Sequence record: MT161459.1 | DNA: 64,000 nucleotides | Strand: one strand, 5' to 3' | In this document: piece after piece, positions 1 through 8,606 of the stretch | Layout: the number at the start of each line of letters is the position of its first letter | Position numbering within the stretch: position 1 is the stretch's first letter | Translations under genes and position numbers: made by a program | Notes under the pieces: generated by a model | Databases searched by the model: none | What the model saw: only the letters and a program-made list of their open reading frames with translations | Told to the model about the DNA's origin: nothing

Positions 1-561
1 GAGAACCAGGCAAAGGCTCTTGGGTACGAACAAGGTTACATGGGTCCAATTTACGGGTACACATGGCGGAACTTCAACGGCGTTGATCAACTGGCCCACG
101 TCATCGAACAGATCAAAACAGATCCATCCAGCAGACGCATTATCGTCAGCGCTTGGAACGCATCCGTTGTCGATGCAATGACTCTGCCTCCGTGTCACGT
201 TCTGTTTCGATTTAGTGTGAAACGTGGACGTCTGAATCTGACTTGGTATCAACGTAGCTGCGACGTTTTCCTCGGTCTGCCGTTCAACATCGCCAGCTAT
301 GCAGTCTTGCTGACTATGGTAGCGAACATTACAGGTTACGCTCCAGGCATCCTGACTGGCCTACTCGATGACACTCATCTATACCTCAACCACTTCGATC
401 AAGTTGAAGAGATGATCAAACGTCAGCCTAAAGATCTACCGGAGCTGGTTATCCACAAAGACTACGCGTCTCTGACCGATATCGAGAATCTGACTGTTGA
501 TGACTTCGAGTTAGTCGGGTACGATCCCCATCCAGCAATCAAAGCTCCGATGGCGGTGTAA
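1..561 (+). CDS. td: Thymidylate synthase, 3' part (starts before window)
   Basis: Frame open from base 1; motifs GPIYG, RRIIVSAWN, LPPCH (catalytic Cys), YQRSCDVFLGLPFN. Confidence 0.97.
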   Translation, partial: ENQAKALGYEQGYMGPIYGYTWRNFNGVDQLAHVIEQIKTDPSSRRIIVSAWNASVVDAMTLPPCHVLFRFSVKRGRLNLTWYQRSCDVFLGLPFNIASYAVLLTMVANITGYAPGILTGLLDDTHLYLNHFDQVEEMIKRQPKDLPELVIHKDYASLTDIENLTVDDFELVGYDPHPAIKAPMAV

Positions 562-1034
562 TGAAACCCAAATTCTTGTTCCTTGACATAGATGCTGTGC
601 TCAATGATCGAGACATAATGGACCAATACATGCGCAAGGATCCGAACGTCATAGTTTGGAGAAAGCATGGTCTATTAGAGTTGGCCCACACCACGTTTGT
701 GGGCCGTCTCCAAGACATCATTCAGCGAACGAACTGTACAGTCGTTGGCATTAGTAGCTGGTTCTCGCATCCAGAAGATAAGGACGAGATCGGCATGGTA
801 TTGGACATCCCAATCTCTGATGTGGTAGACAATACTGGCGGCGGTAGCTCTCGAGTGCGTTCCGTACTCCGATATTTGAAGAGTCACGACTACGAGAGCT
901 TCGTCATAATCGATGACATTCCAAACTTTACCACAGATAACGTGGGGTTAGATGATCATCATGTACAACCAACTGGGAGTGGACTGACCGAAGAGCTTGC
1001 TAACAAAGCTGTGAGGATTCTCGGCCCTATGTAG
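561..1034 (+). CDS. HAD-superfamily phosphatase resembling the Swiss-Army-Knife RNA-repair HAD family
   Basis: N-terminal FLDIDAVLN (DxD), central ISSW, C-terminal FVIIDD. Confidence 0.7.
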   Translation: MKPKFLFLDIDAVLNDRDIMDQYMRKDPNVIVWRKHGLLELAHTTFVGRLQDIIQRTNCTVVGISSWFSHPEDKDEIGMVLDIPISDVVDNTGGGSSRVRSVLRYLKSHDYESFVIIDDIPNFTTDNVGLDDHHVQPTGSGLTEELANKAVRILGPM

Positions 1035-1036
1035 AT

Positions 1037-1489
1037 ATGGAGCTATCCAAACTCATCGATAGGTATGGGTTCTACAAACTGACCACTATGGAGCTAGATG
1101 ATGGCGGGAAGATTTCTCGCAACTTCGCTAGACCCAACGAGTTCACCAATGTACTGTATGCGATAGTCGTGAATAGCGATATCAAGTACATCGGCAAGGC
1201 ATCTTGTTTGTGGAAGCGGTTCGATACTTATCGCAACTGCGCAAATTGGAGTAACGCGTTTCAATCGAACGTGACTAAAACGAAGCTGATAGAGAAGTCT
1301 ATCGAGCATGGACTAGCATCCCTGTATATCAGGAGGTGCCCGAGTCTTTACATTGGCCGGAAATCGGGAGCAACGTTAATCACTACGATGCACGACGAAG
1401 AGCCGCACATAATTTCTGTATTCAATCCGGAGTGGAATGTACACTATGCGAACCCTGTATCAAAATCTCGTAAATCTGTGCGTCGATAA
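1037..1489 (+). CDS. denA: Endonuclease II (GIY-YIG), host DNA degradation
   Basis: LYAIVVNSDIKYIGKA..KR..Y and C-terminal EEP..I..FNPEWN match T4 EndoII; lies just upstream of rnlA as in T4. Confidence 0.88.
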   Translation: MELSKLIDRYGFYKLTTMELDDGGKISRNFARPNEFTNVLYAIVVNSDIKYIGKASCLWKRFDTYRNCANWSNAFQSNVTKTKLIEKSIEHGLASLYIRRCPSLYIGRKSGATLITTMHDEEPHIISVFNPEWNVHYANPVSKSRKSVRR

Positions 1490-2606
1490 CGACACCAAAT
1501 TCTTTTTCTCTGATCACATCACGTCTCTTGGAAACAAGATGCGCGTGTTCAGCTACCACATCGCGAACTACTCCGATTGGCTGATGCCAGATGCGTTGGA
1601 AGCTCGCGGGATCATGTTCGAGATGGATGGTGAGATTCCGGTCCGTATTGCTTCTCGTCCAATGGCCAAGTTCTTCAACTTGTCCGAATTGCAAGGTTGG
1701 GTAGGTTTGTCTGACCTCCGAGAAGGGATGGTACTGCCTGACCTGACTAAGATCAACTTCTATATGGACAAACGCGATGGCAGTCTGATCAGCTCATTCA
1801 CTGATACCGATAAGACTGATGGTACGTCCAACGTTCTGTTGAAGAGCAAGACGTCAATCCGATCCGAGCAAGCTAACGACGCGAGCGTGTGGCTGTACGA
1901 TCACGAAGATCTGCTCGACTTCACATCAGATTGGGAGAATGATGGGTATACCGTCAACTTCGAGTGGACCAGTCCGAAGAACCAGATTGTGCTCGGCTAC
2001 AGCGAACCGGAGCTGCGTATCTTGAACGTGCGCAACCGCGATACTGGCGAATACGTCGATGTCCAAGAACTGCTGCGCGATCCAGTATTCGTCAAGTACG
2101 CCGTCGATCTGTTCGAAGCTCCATCCGATCCAGCTTGGGTAAGTAGCATTGGTGGGATGACCGGCATCGAGGGGTTCGTCATCTCCTGTGGCAATATGCT
2201 GATCAAGGTGAAGACTGACTGGTACGTGGCTCTGCACCATACCAAGGATTCGATCAACAACAACAAGCGGTTGATCGTATGCTGCGCAGAGAACTGCACT
2301 GACGATCTCCTGCAGATGTTCAAGGACGACGAGATCTCCCTGCAGAAGATCCGCACATTCGATAAGCATTTCTCGGATGTAGTGGGCGAGACGTTCGGGG
2401 AGATCTTCCGGAACTATAACCAGAACAAAGCGCTGATCCGCAAAGACTACGCCATCGCAATGAGTCGGATCTTTGGACCGAACAAGCATTGGTTCTCCGT
2501 CGCGATGCAGATGTATCAAGATGGTCCAGATGGCTTGGTGCAGAAGATCGTAGACGTTATCAAGAAGTATCCAGAGAAGTTCCTGCCTGCAGGATACTCC
2601 GCCTAA
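1437..2606 (+). CDS. rnlA: RNA ligase 1
   Basis: RGIMFEMDGE.PVRIASRPM.KFFNL, KxDGS motif I, IKVKTDWYVALH, C-terminal KFLPAGY; collinear with T4 Rnl1. Confidence 0.96.
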   Translation: MYTMRTLYQNLVNLCVDNDTKFFFSDHITSLGNKMRVFSYHIANYSDWLMPDALEARGIMFEMDGEIPVRIASRPMAKFFNLSELQGWVGLSDLREGMVLPDLTKINFYMDKRDGSLISSFTDTDKTDGTSNVLLKSKTSIRSEQANDASVWLYDHEDLLDFTSDWENDGYTVNFEWTSPKNQIVLGYSEPELRILNVRNRDTGEYVDVQELLRDPVFVKYAVDLFEAPSDPAWVSSIGGMTGIEGFVISCGNMLIKVKTDWYVALHHTKDSINNNKRLIVCCAENCTDDLLQMFKDDEISLQKIRTFDKHFSDVVGETFGEIFRNYNQNKALIRKDYAIAMSRIFGPNKHWFSVAMQMYQDGPDGLVQKIVDVIKKYPEKFLPAGYSA

Positions 2607-2610
2607 ATCC

Positions 2611-2639
2611 AAGCCACCTTCGGGTGGCTTTATTTTTTT
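2611..2639 (+). terminator. Rho-independent terminator
   Basis: AAGCCACC-TTCG-GGTGGCTT followed by T-tract. Confidence 0.9.
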
Positions 2640-2660
2640 GGATTATTTTTCAAATGGCGG

Positions 2661-2703
2661 TTGTCCCAAACTCCAGTCCATCAGATACTATCTTCATTGG
2701 GAC
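2661..2703 (+). promoter_or_regulatory. Sigma70-like early promoter
   Basis: TTGTCC-17bp-GATACT; inverted repeat GTCCCAA/TTGGGAC. Confidence 0.6.
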
Positions 2704-2744
2704 GAAACGAGTCCAACCAACTAACCGAAACTGAGGAATGCATC

Positions 2745-3098
2745 ATGAACACCACCAAAATCCAAGTAGTTGCCACCTTCATCAAATACAACGTAAACGG
2801 TACTGTGAACAAATCCAAGTTCGCTGCCGAGCACGACATCAGTACTCGTACTCTGGGTCGTTGGATCGAGAAGTTCGATGTTGAAGCTCGTCAGATGATC
2901 GAAGCTGAGAAGGCTCCGAAGACCTCCAAGAATGCTGCTTCCTCCAAACGTGACCTGGCTGCTAAACTGTACACCGAACATTGCGTAGTTACTTCCCGTA
3001 AGGATCTGATTGCTCTGATGGTTTCCGAAGCTGGTTTGACTGCTGCTGGTGCTAGCACTTACATCAGCAACTTCAAAACCGGTAAGTGGGAAATTTAA
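2745..3098 (+). CDS. Hypothetical protein with HTH-like N-half and a small helical C-terminal domain
   Basis: GAGGA RBS then ATG 2745; KSKFAAEHDISTRTLGRWIEK is HTH-like. Confidence 0.75.
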   Translation: MNTTKIQVVATFIKYNVNGTVNKSKFAAEHDISTRTLGRWIEKFDVEARQMIEAEKAPKTSKNAASSKRDLAAKLYTEHCVVTSRKDLIALMVSEAGLTAAGASTYISNFKTGKWEI

Positions 3099-3102
3099 TC
3101 GG

Positions 3103-3135
3103 TTGACCCAGGGATCGTTCTACCGGATGATCCCT
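3103..3135 (+). promoter_or_regulatory. Early promoter with inverted repeat around -10
   Basis: TTGACC-17bp-GATGAT; AGGGATC/GATCCCT. Confidence 0.65.
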
Positions 3136-3159
3136 ATATCCAAACAAAAGGAGTTCACC

Positions 3160-3336
3160 ATGAAAGCCAAGCAAACTCGAATCGAAGTCATCCTGTGTTT
3201 CCTGTGTACGATCATGATGGCAGTAACTATGGTTCTGATCTACGTCGATCGCGATTGGAATGCCGTTTGGACGTCCTTCGGTGCAGTTGCTTGTCTGTAC
3301 GGTGCTACGCACTTCAAAAAGATCACAAGAGGTTAA
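3160..3336 (+). CDS. Small membrane protein (two hydrophobic segments)
   Basis: AAGGAG RBS, ATG 3160. Confidence 0.7.
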   Translation: MKAKQTRIEVILCFLCTIMMAVTMVLIYVDRDWNAVWTSFGAVACLYGATHFKKITRG

Positions 3337-3338
3337 TC

Positions 3339-3584
3339 ATGTCAAATGTATCATTGTCTCAACCGGCTGTTCGTCAGATCGCTGAGTGGGCTGAGCGTAA
3401 CGCTCAAGCTATCGAAGTTCAGTTGGGGTCACATCGTGCGTACACCATCGAAGGTATTGTCGATGAGATGAACCAGTTCCTCGCAACTGTTGACAACATC
3501 CTGGAAATTCCGTTTGGCTGCAGCTTCAATGTAGACATGCCAACCCTTAACGTCATCCGTACAGCAATGGAGACAGTCAAATGA
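3339..3584 (+). CDS. Hypothetical protein
   Basis: GAGG RBS; ATGA overlap with next gene. Confidence 0.7.
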   Translation: MSNVSLSQPAVRQIAEWAERNAQAIEVQLGSHRAYTIEGIVDEMNQFLATVDNILEIPFGCSFNVDMPTLNVIRTAMETVK

Positions 3585-4723
3585 ATCAACATGACCAATT
3601 GTGTCAGGTAGCTAGCGTATATCTCGTTGGCGGTGCTGTTCGAGATCGGGTCATGGGTCGGGATCCAAAAGATGTAGACTACGTCGTGGTCGGATCCAGC
3701 ATCGATGAGATGGACGATCTCGGGTTTGAGTTGGTAGGCATGGGATTCCCTGTGTTCATCGGCCATAATGGTTGCGAGTACGCTCTCGCTCGTAGCGAGA
3801 AATCTATCGGTCTGGGATACAGCTCGTATGAAGTAGATGCTTCTCCGACGGTGACTCTGGAAGAAGATCTCCTTCGTCGCGACTTCACTATGAACGCGAT
3901 GGCAATGAACGCTGATGGAGTTATCATCGATCCATACCACGGTCAACTCGACATCGATAACAAGGTTATTCGTCTGGTTAACTCTGGCGCGTTCCACGAA
4001 GATCCAGTTCGTGTGATCCGAGCTTGCCGATTTGCAGCTCGTTACGGTTTCGATCTGCACAAAGACGTGCTGGACTCGATTGCTGAGTGTATCCGACAGG
4101 GTCGCATGCAGCACCTGACCAAAGAACGAGTGTGGAAAGAGTTTGAGAAAGCTCTGGAAGATCGCAAGTTTGCAGATTTCCTGGGTTGGATGCAACGCGT
4201 TGGAGCTCTGGGTCAGTTGGGGATCGATTTCGATCGTAAGCTCGAAGGGTATTGCGCGGTATACGATCAGATCCCAAATTCTGGCGAATCTGGCAAAGCT
4301 CGAGATAACCTACTAGCTATGGTATCGTTCTTGATGCTGCTCGACAAATCCGAATACAATAAGTTCCTGACCAAGGTCAAGATCTCGCACGACTACAAGG
4401 TTGGTGCGAATCTGATGCGGAACTACGGCGACATGCTGATGTGTCCGCGTGCTGACTTCATGGTCCGATTCTTGACCGACTGCCGAGTGCAAACCACTCC
4501 AACGTTCTACGATCTGGCTCTGGATTATCTGGATGCTATGAACACGAACGTGGCGGTTCTGATCAAGTCCAAGACTGCGTACTTCAAGGTGAAGGCAGCT
4601 CAGTTCCCAGAACTGGAGAATCGCGATCTCGGTTGGGCCATTCGCGAAGCTCGTATTGAGGCGGTACAAGCTGTATTCGAGCTGTGTAAAGATCGCGCCT
4701 TTACCCACGTCATCGTAAAATAA
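3581..4723 (+). CDS. cca: Class II tRNA nucleotidyltransferase (CCA-adding enzyme)
   Basis: YLVGGAVRD, DVDY, EDLLRRDFTMNAMA, FHEDPVRVIRACRFAAR, ERVWKE motifs. Confidence 0.93.
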   Translation: MNQHDQLCQVASVYLVGGAVRDRVMGRDPKDVDYVVVGSSIDEMDDLGFELVGMGFPVFIGHNGCEYALARSEKSIGLGYSSYEVDASPTVTLEEDLLRRDFTMNAMAMNADGVIIDPYHGQLDIDNKVIRLVNSGAFHEDPVRVIRACRFAARYGFDLHKDVLDSIAECIRQGRMQHLTKERVWKEFEKALEDRKFADFLGWMQRVGALGQLGIDFDRKLEGYCAVYDQIPNSGESGKARDNLLAMVSFLMLLDKSEYNKFLTKVKISHDYKVGANLMRNYGDMLMCPRADFMVRFLTDCRVQTTPTFYDLALDYLDAMNTNVAVLIKSKTAYFKVKAAQFPELENRDLGWAIREARIEAVQAVFELCKDRAFTHVIVK

Positions 4724-4726
4724 CGG

Positions 4727-4764
4727 TTGCCTTTCATGGGATAGGATGAGATGATTCCTATCCC
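4727..4764 (+). promoter_or_regulatory. Early promoter with inverted repeat around -10
   Basis: TTGCCT-17bp-GATGAT; perfect 9-bp GGGATAGGA/TCCTATCCC. Confidence 0.65.
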
Positions 4765-4783
4765 TAATCTAGAGGAATAAATC

Positions 4784-5839
4784 ATGTATTGGTTACTACT
4801 CGTTTTGCCGTTGATGGTTCCGTTCGTCGCGAAGTATGTATTCAAACGGACCTACACGTATCAGGAGATGGCGATCAACTGTGCCGTTGCCATCGCACTA
4901 ACTTCGGTCGTCTACTTTGCTGGGCTGTACCGGAGTATGTACGATACTGAGGTTCTTAGTGGGTTCGTTACCGAGAAGACTCGGGAATGGACGAGCTGTG
5001 AACACAGTTACAAGTGTCGGTGTCGCCAAGTCCGGAGCTGTTCGGGATCCGGCAAGAGCAAGAGTTGTTCGTACCACGAGGAGTGTGATACTTGTTATGA
5101 GCACTCCAATGACTGGGATTGGGATGTCAAGACTACGGTCGGCAACCATACCATCAACCGAGTGGATCGTCGCGGATCGATTGAGCCTCCTCGTTGGACC
5201 GAAGTGACTGTAGGAGAACCAGCTGCCAACACCCACATGTACACCAACTACATCAAGGCAGTTCCAGATAGTCTGTTTGCATACAATCAGAATATCATGG
5301 ACAAGTACAAGGATCAGATCCCGAAGTATCCGGACGTGTACGATTACTATAAGATCAACAGGGTCCTGAACTTCTCAGGTGCAGATACCGGAGAATGGAG
5401 CGACTACCTCAGCCAATCGCTGAAATCGATGGGCAAGGAGAAGCAGGTTAATATCATCGCGATTTTAACTGACAAACCGGTAGACTTTGCAGATGCTCTG
5501 TTCTATAGTTGGGCTGGCGGTAAGAAGAATGACGTCGTGATGGTCTACGGCGTGAAAGAAGGGGTGGTCGAATGGTTCCAAAGTACCTCTGTAGGCAATG
5601 GGATGAACAACCAAGAACTGCACATTACACTCCGTAATGAGTCGATCGGGAAAGCTGTTGATCTGGAGTTGTTGAAGTCTCAGGTCGGCATTATCAACGC
5701 CAAGTTTAATCGTCTTCCGATGGAACAGTTTGAATACCTGAAAGACCAAGTGGAACCTCCAATGTGGGTTCTGATAATGGCCCTGCTTATTGGACTTGGG
5801 TCCAGTCTGGGTGTGGCATACATTTTCGCTAAGGATTAA
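4784..5839 (+). CDS. Inner-membrane protein: two N-terminal TM helices, Cys-rich extracytoplasmic region, alpha/beta domain, C-terminal TM
   Basis: Hydrophobic termini; SCEHSYKCRC...CSYHEECDTCYEH. Confidence 0.8.
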   Translation: MYWLLLVLPLMVPFVAKYVFKRTYTYQEMAINCAVAIALTSVVYFAGLYRSMYDTEVLSGFVTEKTREWTSCEHSYKCRCRQVRSCSGSGKSKSCSYHEECDTCYEHSNDWDWDVKTTVGNHTINRVDRRGSIEPPRWTEVTVGEPAANTHMYTNYIKAVPDSLFAYNQNIMDKYKDQIPKYPDVYDYYKINRVLNFSGADTGEWSDYLSQSLKSMGKEKQVNIIAILTDKPVDFADALFYSWAGGKKNDVVMVYGVKEGVVEWFQSTSVGNGMNNQELHITLRNESIGKAVDLELLKSQVGIINAKFNRLPMEQFEYLKDQVEPPMWVLIMALLIGLGSSLGVAYIFAKD

Positions 5840-5901
5840 CCGTGGTAGATAAACTCGGTTGGGCCTTCGTTATAACACTAATGATGATAAAGGAAACTGC
5901 T

Positions 5902-6465
5902 GTGAATAAAACTATCGTTCTCGTTCTGGTTCTCGTGTTTGGCCTGGTTATTCTGCCGATCGGTGGGTTTGTTGGGATGTACGTCTCCAACGCAAACACT
6001 GCTACTCGGTTTGAGACCAACATCGAGAAGTTCCACAAGGACTCTCAGAACACCCTGAGCGCGTACACCAACAAGATCCGCGACATGGCCCAGATTCCGG
6101 ATATGTACACTGCTGACCTGAAAAAGGTGATCGATGCTACGTTCCAAGGTCGTTACGGTAAGGATGGCTCTAAAGCAGTCACTCAGTTCATGACTGAAAA
6201 CAATCTGCAGTTTGACTCCAGCATGTACAAGAGTCTGCAGGTCGCAATGGAAGCAGGTCGCAATGAGTTCAAGCTGTCCCAGACCAAGAAATTGGATGTG
6301 TGTGGTGGTTATGAGAACCATCGGAACTTCGTAATGAGTGGGTTCTTCGTTACGATGGCAGGTTTCCCGAAGAAAGATATCGACAAGATGTGCGCTATCG
6401 TCCTCGACAAAGAGACCAACAACGCTTTCGAGACTGGTGAGACTAGCTCCATCAAGCTCCGCTAA
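5902..6465 (+). CDS. LemA-like membrane-anchored helical protein
   Basis: AAGGA RBS + GTG 5902; single N-terminal TM then helical domain ending ...GFFVTMAGFP as in LemA-like proteins. Confidence 0.6.
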   Translation: MNKTIVLVLVLVFGLVILPIGGFVGMYVSNANTATRFETNIEKFHKDSQNTLSAYTNKIRDMAQIPDMYTADLKKVIDATFQGRYGKDGSKAVTQFMTENNLQFDSSMYKSLQVAMEAGRNEFKLSQTKKLDVCGGYENHRNFVMSGFFVTMAGFPKKDIDKMCAIVLDKETNNAFETGETSSIKLR

Positions 6466-6468
6466 AAT

Positions 6469-6492
6469 AAATCCCGCTTCGGCGGGATTTTT
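6469..6492 (+). terminator. Rho-independent terminator
   Basis: AAATCCCGC-TTCG-GCGGGATTT-TT. Confidence 0.9.
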
Positions 6493-6494
6493 CG

Positions 6495-6528
6495 TTGTGC
6501 AGCATCGCACGTTATTGGATACTAACGT
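6495..6528 (+). promoter_or_regulatory. Early promoter with inverted repeat around -10
   Basis: TTGTGC-17bp-GATACT; ACGTTA/TAACGT. Confidence 0.55.
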
Positions 6529-6570
6529 CATTGGGTCGACAGACCAACCAAACAGCAGAAGGACACAACC

Positions 6571-6801
6571 ATGAACATCGAACTCATACAGAACTCCAAA
6601 CACGCCAACCTGCTCAACGAAAATGAAGTTGAGATCGCAGTCACCATCGATGGCGCATATACTCGGATTTTCGATGTGTATGGCAAGCCGACTGGTCGTA
6701 AGAATGGTTTTACCCCGACTGGGGCTCTGTCACAACGTGCTATCAAACAATCTGAATTGAAAGCGGTCATGAAGTTCCTGACCGACAACGACCACATTTA
6801 A
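6571..6801 (+). CDS. Hypothetical protein
   Basis: AAGGA RBS; first gene after promoter. Confidence 0.75.
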   Translation: MNIELIQNSKHANLLNENEVEIAVTIDGAYTRIFDVYGKPTGRKNGFTPTGALSQRAIKQSELKAVMKFLTDNDHI

Positions 6802-6812
6802 TCGGAGTTATC

Positions 6813-7244
6813 ATGAAAAACTATCAAGCGTTGATCCTGGGTGGCGTAATAGCTTCCAGCGCGTTCGTTCTGGGAATGAATAGCGTCGAGGTGGTCAAGA
6901 TCCAAGAGACTCCGATCCAAATTACAGACAAGAGACCTATCGATGGTGGTGAGAAGTACAATCCGGAGGCAGTATATGTCGAACAGATCAAGGACTCATT
7001 TGAGGATCTAGAGAATGATATTCTGTCATCAGCTCGAGAAGAATCTGAAATGAGGGATCAGATTAGCGATGTCGGATTTGATCGGTTGATGAAAATCAAC
7101 AACAAGATCGTCGAGAATCGAAAGTTCGTGGTACAACTCCGTTGTCGCTCATACGACAGACGTTACCACTTCGACGACAATCGCGATGCTGTGCTGTACA
7201 AGCAGGCTCAGGTTATTTGTGCTGCTGTTGGCGAACACATCTGA
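6813..7244 (+). CDS. Hypothetical protein with N-terminal signal/TM segment
   Basis: GGAG RBS; hydrophobic N-terminus. Confidence 0.75.
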   Translation: MKNYQALILGGVIASSAFVLGMNSVEVVKIQETPIQITDKRPIDGGEKYNPEAVYVEQIKDSFEDLENDILSSAREESEMRDQISDVGFDRLMKINNKIVENRKFVVQLRCRSYDRRYHFDDNRDAVLYKQAQVICAAVGEHI

Positions 7245-7447
7245 TGTGGGCCATATTCAAAAGGAACGGAGATCTCGTCCGTTCCGGCATTAAAACTGAG
7301 AAGGGAGCGAAGAAAATCGCTAGCCAACGAGGTCATGCTATAGTAGGATTCATTATCGGGCACGATGTATACCTCGTCCAACGTAAACTGAGCTGCATAA
7401 GATCTCAGTCGTGGGCCCGAGAACCTTGGAGGAAAATCCATGTATAG
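7244..7447 (+). CDS. Hypothetical protein
   Basis: ATG overlaps previous stop; MWAIFKRNG... Confidence 0.65.
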   Translation: MWAIFKRNGDLVRSGIKTEKGAKKIASQRGHAIVGFIIGHDVYLVQRKLSCIRSQSWAREPWRKIHV

Positions 7448-7610
7448 TCTCCACCACGGAATCAAAGATTTCGATGGGATAAACAAGTGCCACGTAGTCA
7501 TAGACGGATACTCATACAAAGCAGTGATCCGGATGGTCTACCCAAACCACGTAGTAGCGTTCGTTAACGGCAAGAACGCTATCGTCAAGAAAACCAACAC
7601 ATTCAGATAA
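7440..7610 (+). CDS. Hypothetical 56-aa protein (not in ORF track)
   Basis: GGAGG RBS, ATG 7440, MYSLHHGIKD...KTNTFR-TAA; fills the gap exactly. Confidence 0.7.
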   Translation: MYSLHHGIKDFDGINKCHVVIDGYSYKAVIRMVYPNHVVAFVNGKNAIVKKTNTFR

Positions 7611-7618
7611 GGGATCGT

Positions 7619-8101
7619 ATGAAATTCGAAGTGGGACACTGGTACAATTTGGACGCTAAGCGTGCTGATGAGTTCGCGGAAAGCTGTGAAGATAATGCAG
7701 CAGTTCTCCAGACGGTAATTCAACCATTCTACGTATTGGAAGTGAATCCGGCAACTGGCGGAGTCGTTCAATTCGAGAACGCGTATCATATCAAATCAGA
7801 GATCGGAGATCTCGATATCATCAGCGGTATCGATGCGTACATGTTTGTCGACTCTCATCCAATCCATCCGTGGTTGATGCACCATGGCAATGCAACTGAG
7901 ATGACCTATATTCCCGAGCCATTCCGTACTTGGGATCCCAAGACTCCAGTACACACCACAACGGTCGAGCACGAGGTGGTTGATGTATCCCAAATGTGTC
8001 AACTGATTGGCATCAACAACGATCCCATCAACGCAAGCGCTATCTGCTATCAGATGGACTATGGCTACCGTTATGGTTGGAAAAACTGGAGTGCCGAATG
8101 A
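7619..8101 (+). CDS. Hypothetical protein (possible member of a G-x-x-Y-x-F paralog family)
   Basis: ORF track; MKFEVGHWYNL start. Confidence 0.75.
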   Translation: MKFEVGHWYNLDAKRADEFAESCEDNAAVLQTVIQPFYVLEVNPATGGVVQFENAYHIKSEIGDLDIISGIDAYMFVDSHPIHPWLMHHGNATEMTYIPEPFRTWDPKTPVHTTTVEHEVVDVSQMCQLIGINNDPINASAICYQMDYGYRYGWKNWSAE

Positions 8102-8586
8102 TCCAGAGTAAGTTTGTGATCGAGTCTGTCTACGCAGCATTCTGCAAACAGACTTCAATCTACCCGCCGACCGTTTTGGTCGGCCCTACTACCAAACAGA
8201 AGGATGAGCAACGGATCATCCAAGGCTGTGAGCCACTGTATAGCTTCTCAAACACACTGCTGTCTGAGACCAGACAGGCTTATTTCGATATCGAAGTGGC
8301 TTATTTGTTCGCGGATAATATCAAGCTACCGTACTTAGCTAAAGTTATCGGTAAGTTTGCGGCGTTGGTGGAGATCGCCTACAAGCAGATGAAGCTGGTG
8401 TACTCCAAGGATCCAATCCTGAAAGAGTACTTCGTCACCGCATTCCCAGATCGTATGGAGGAATATTCAACAGTTGTATTCCACCTTATGATGCAGGATA
8501 CTGGGGGCTCTCAAGAATGCATCGATGCATTCCGAGCTGAATACAAAGAAGTGCAAGCAGCGATGCGAAAGCGTATCGCGAAGTAA
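8098..8586 (+). CDS. Hypothetical protein
   Basis: ATGA overlap; MIQSKFVIE... Confidence 0.7.
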   Translation: MIQSKFVIESVYAAFCKQTSIYPPTVLVGPTTKQKDEQRIIQGCEPLYSFSNTLLSETRQAYFDIEVAYLFADNIKLPYLAKVIGKFAALVEIAYKQMKLVYSKDPILKEYFVTAFPDRMEEYSTVVFHLMMQDTGGSQECIDAFRAEYKEVQAAMRKRIAK

Positions 8587-8606
8587 CAATCCAAAGGAGT
8601 TTTGGA

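Noticed and set aside
262-290. Group I intron in td
   Set aside because: The T4 insertion site (F-L-G/L-P-F, GGT|CTG at 276/277) is uninterrupted.
1037-1489. GIY-YIG homing endonuclease
   Set aside because: The length, C-terminal EEP..FNP.WN motif and position before rnlA fit EndoII (DenA); there is no extra DNA-binding domain.
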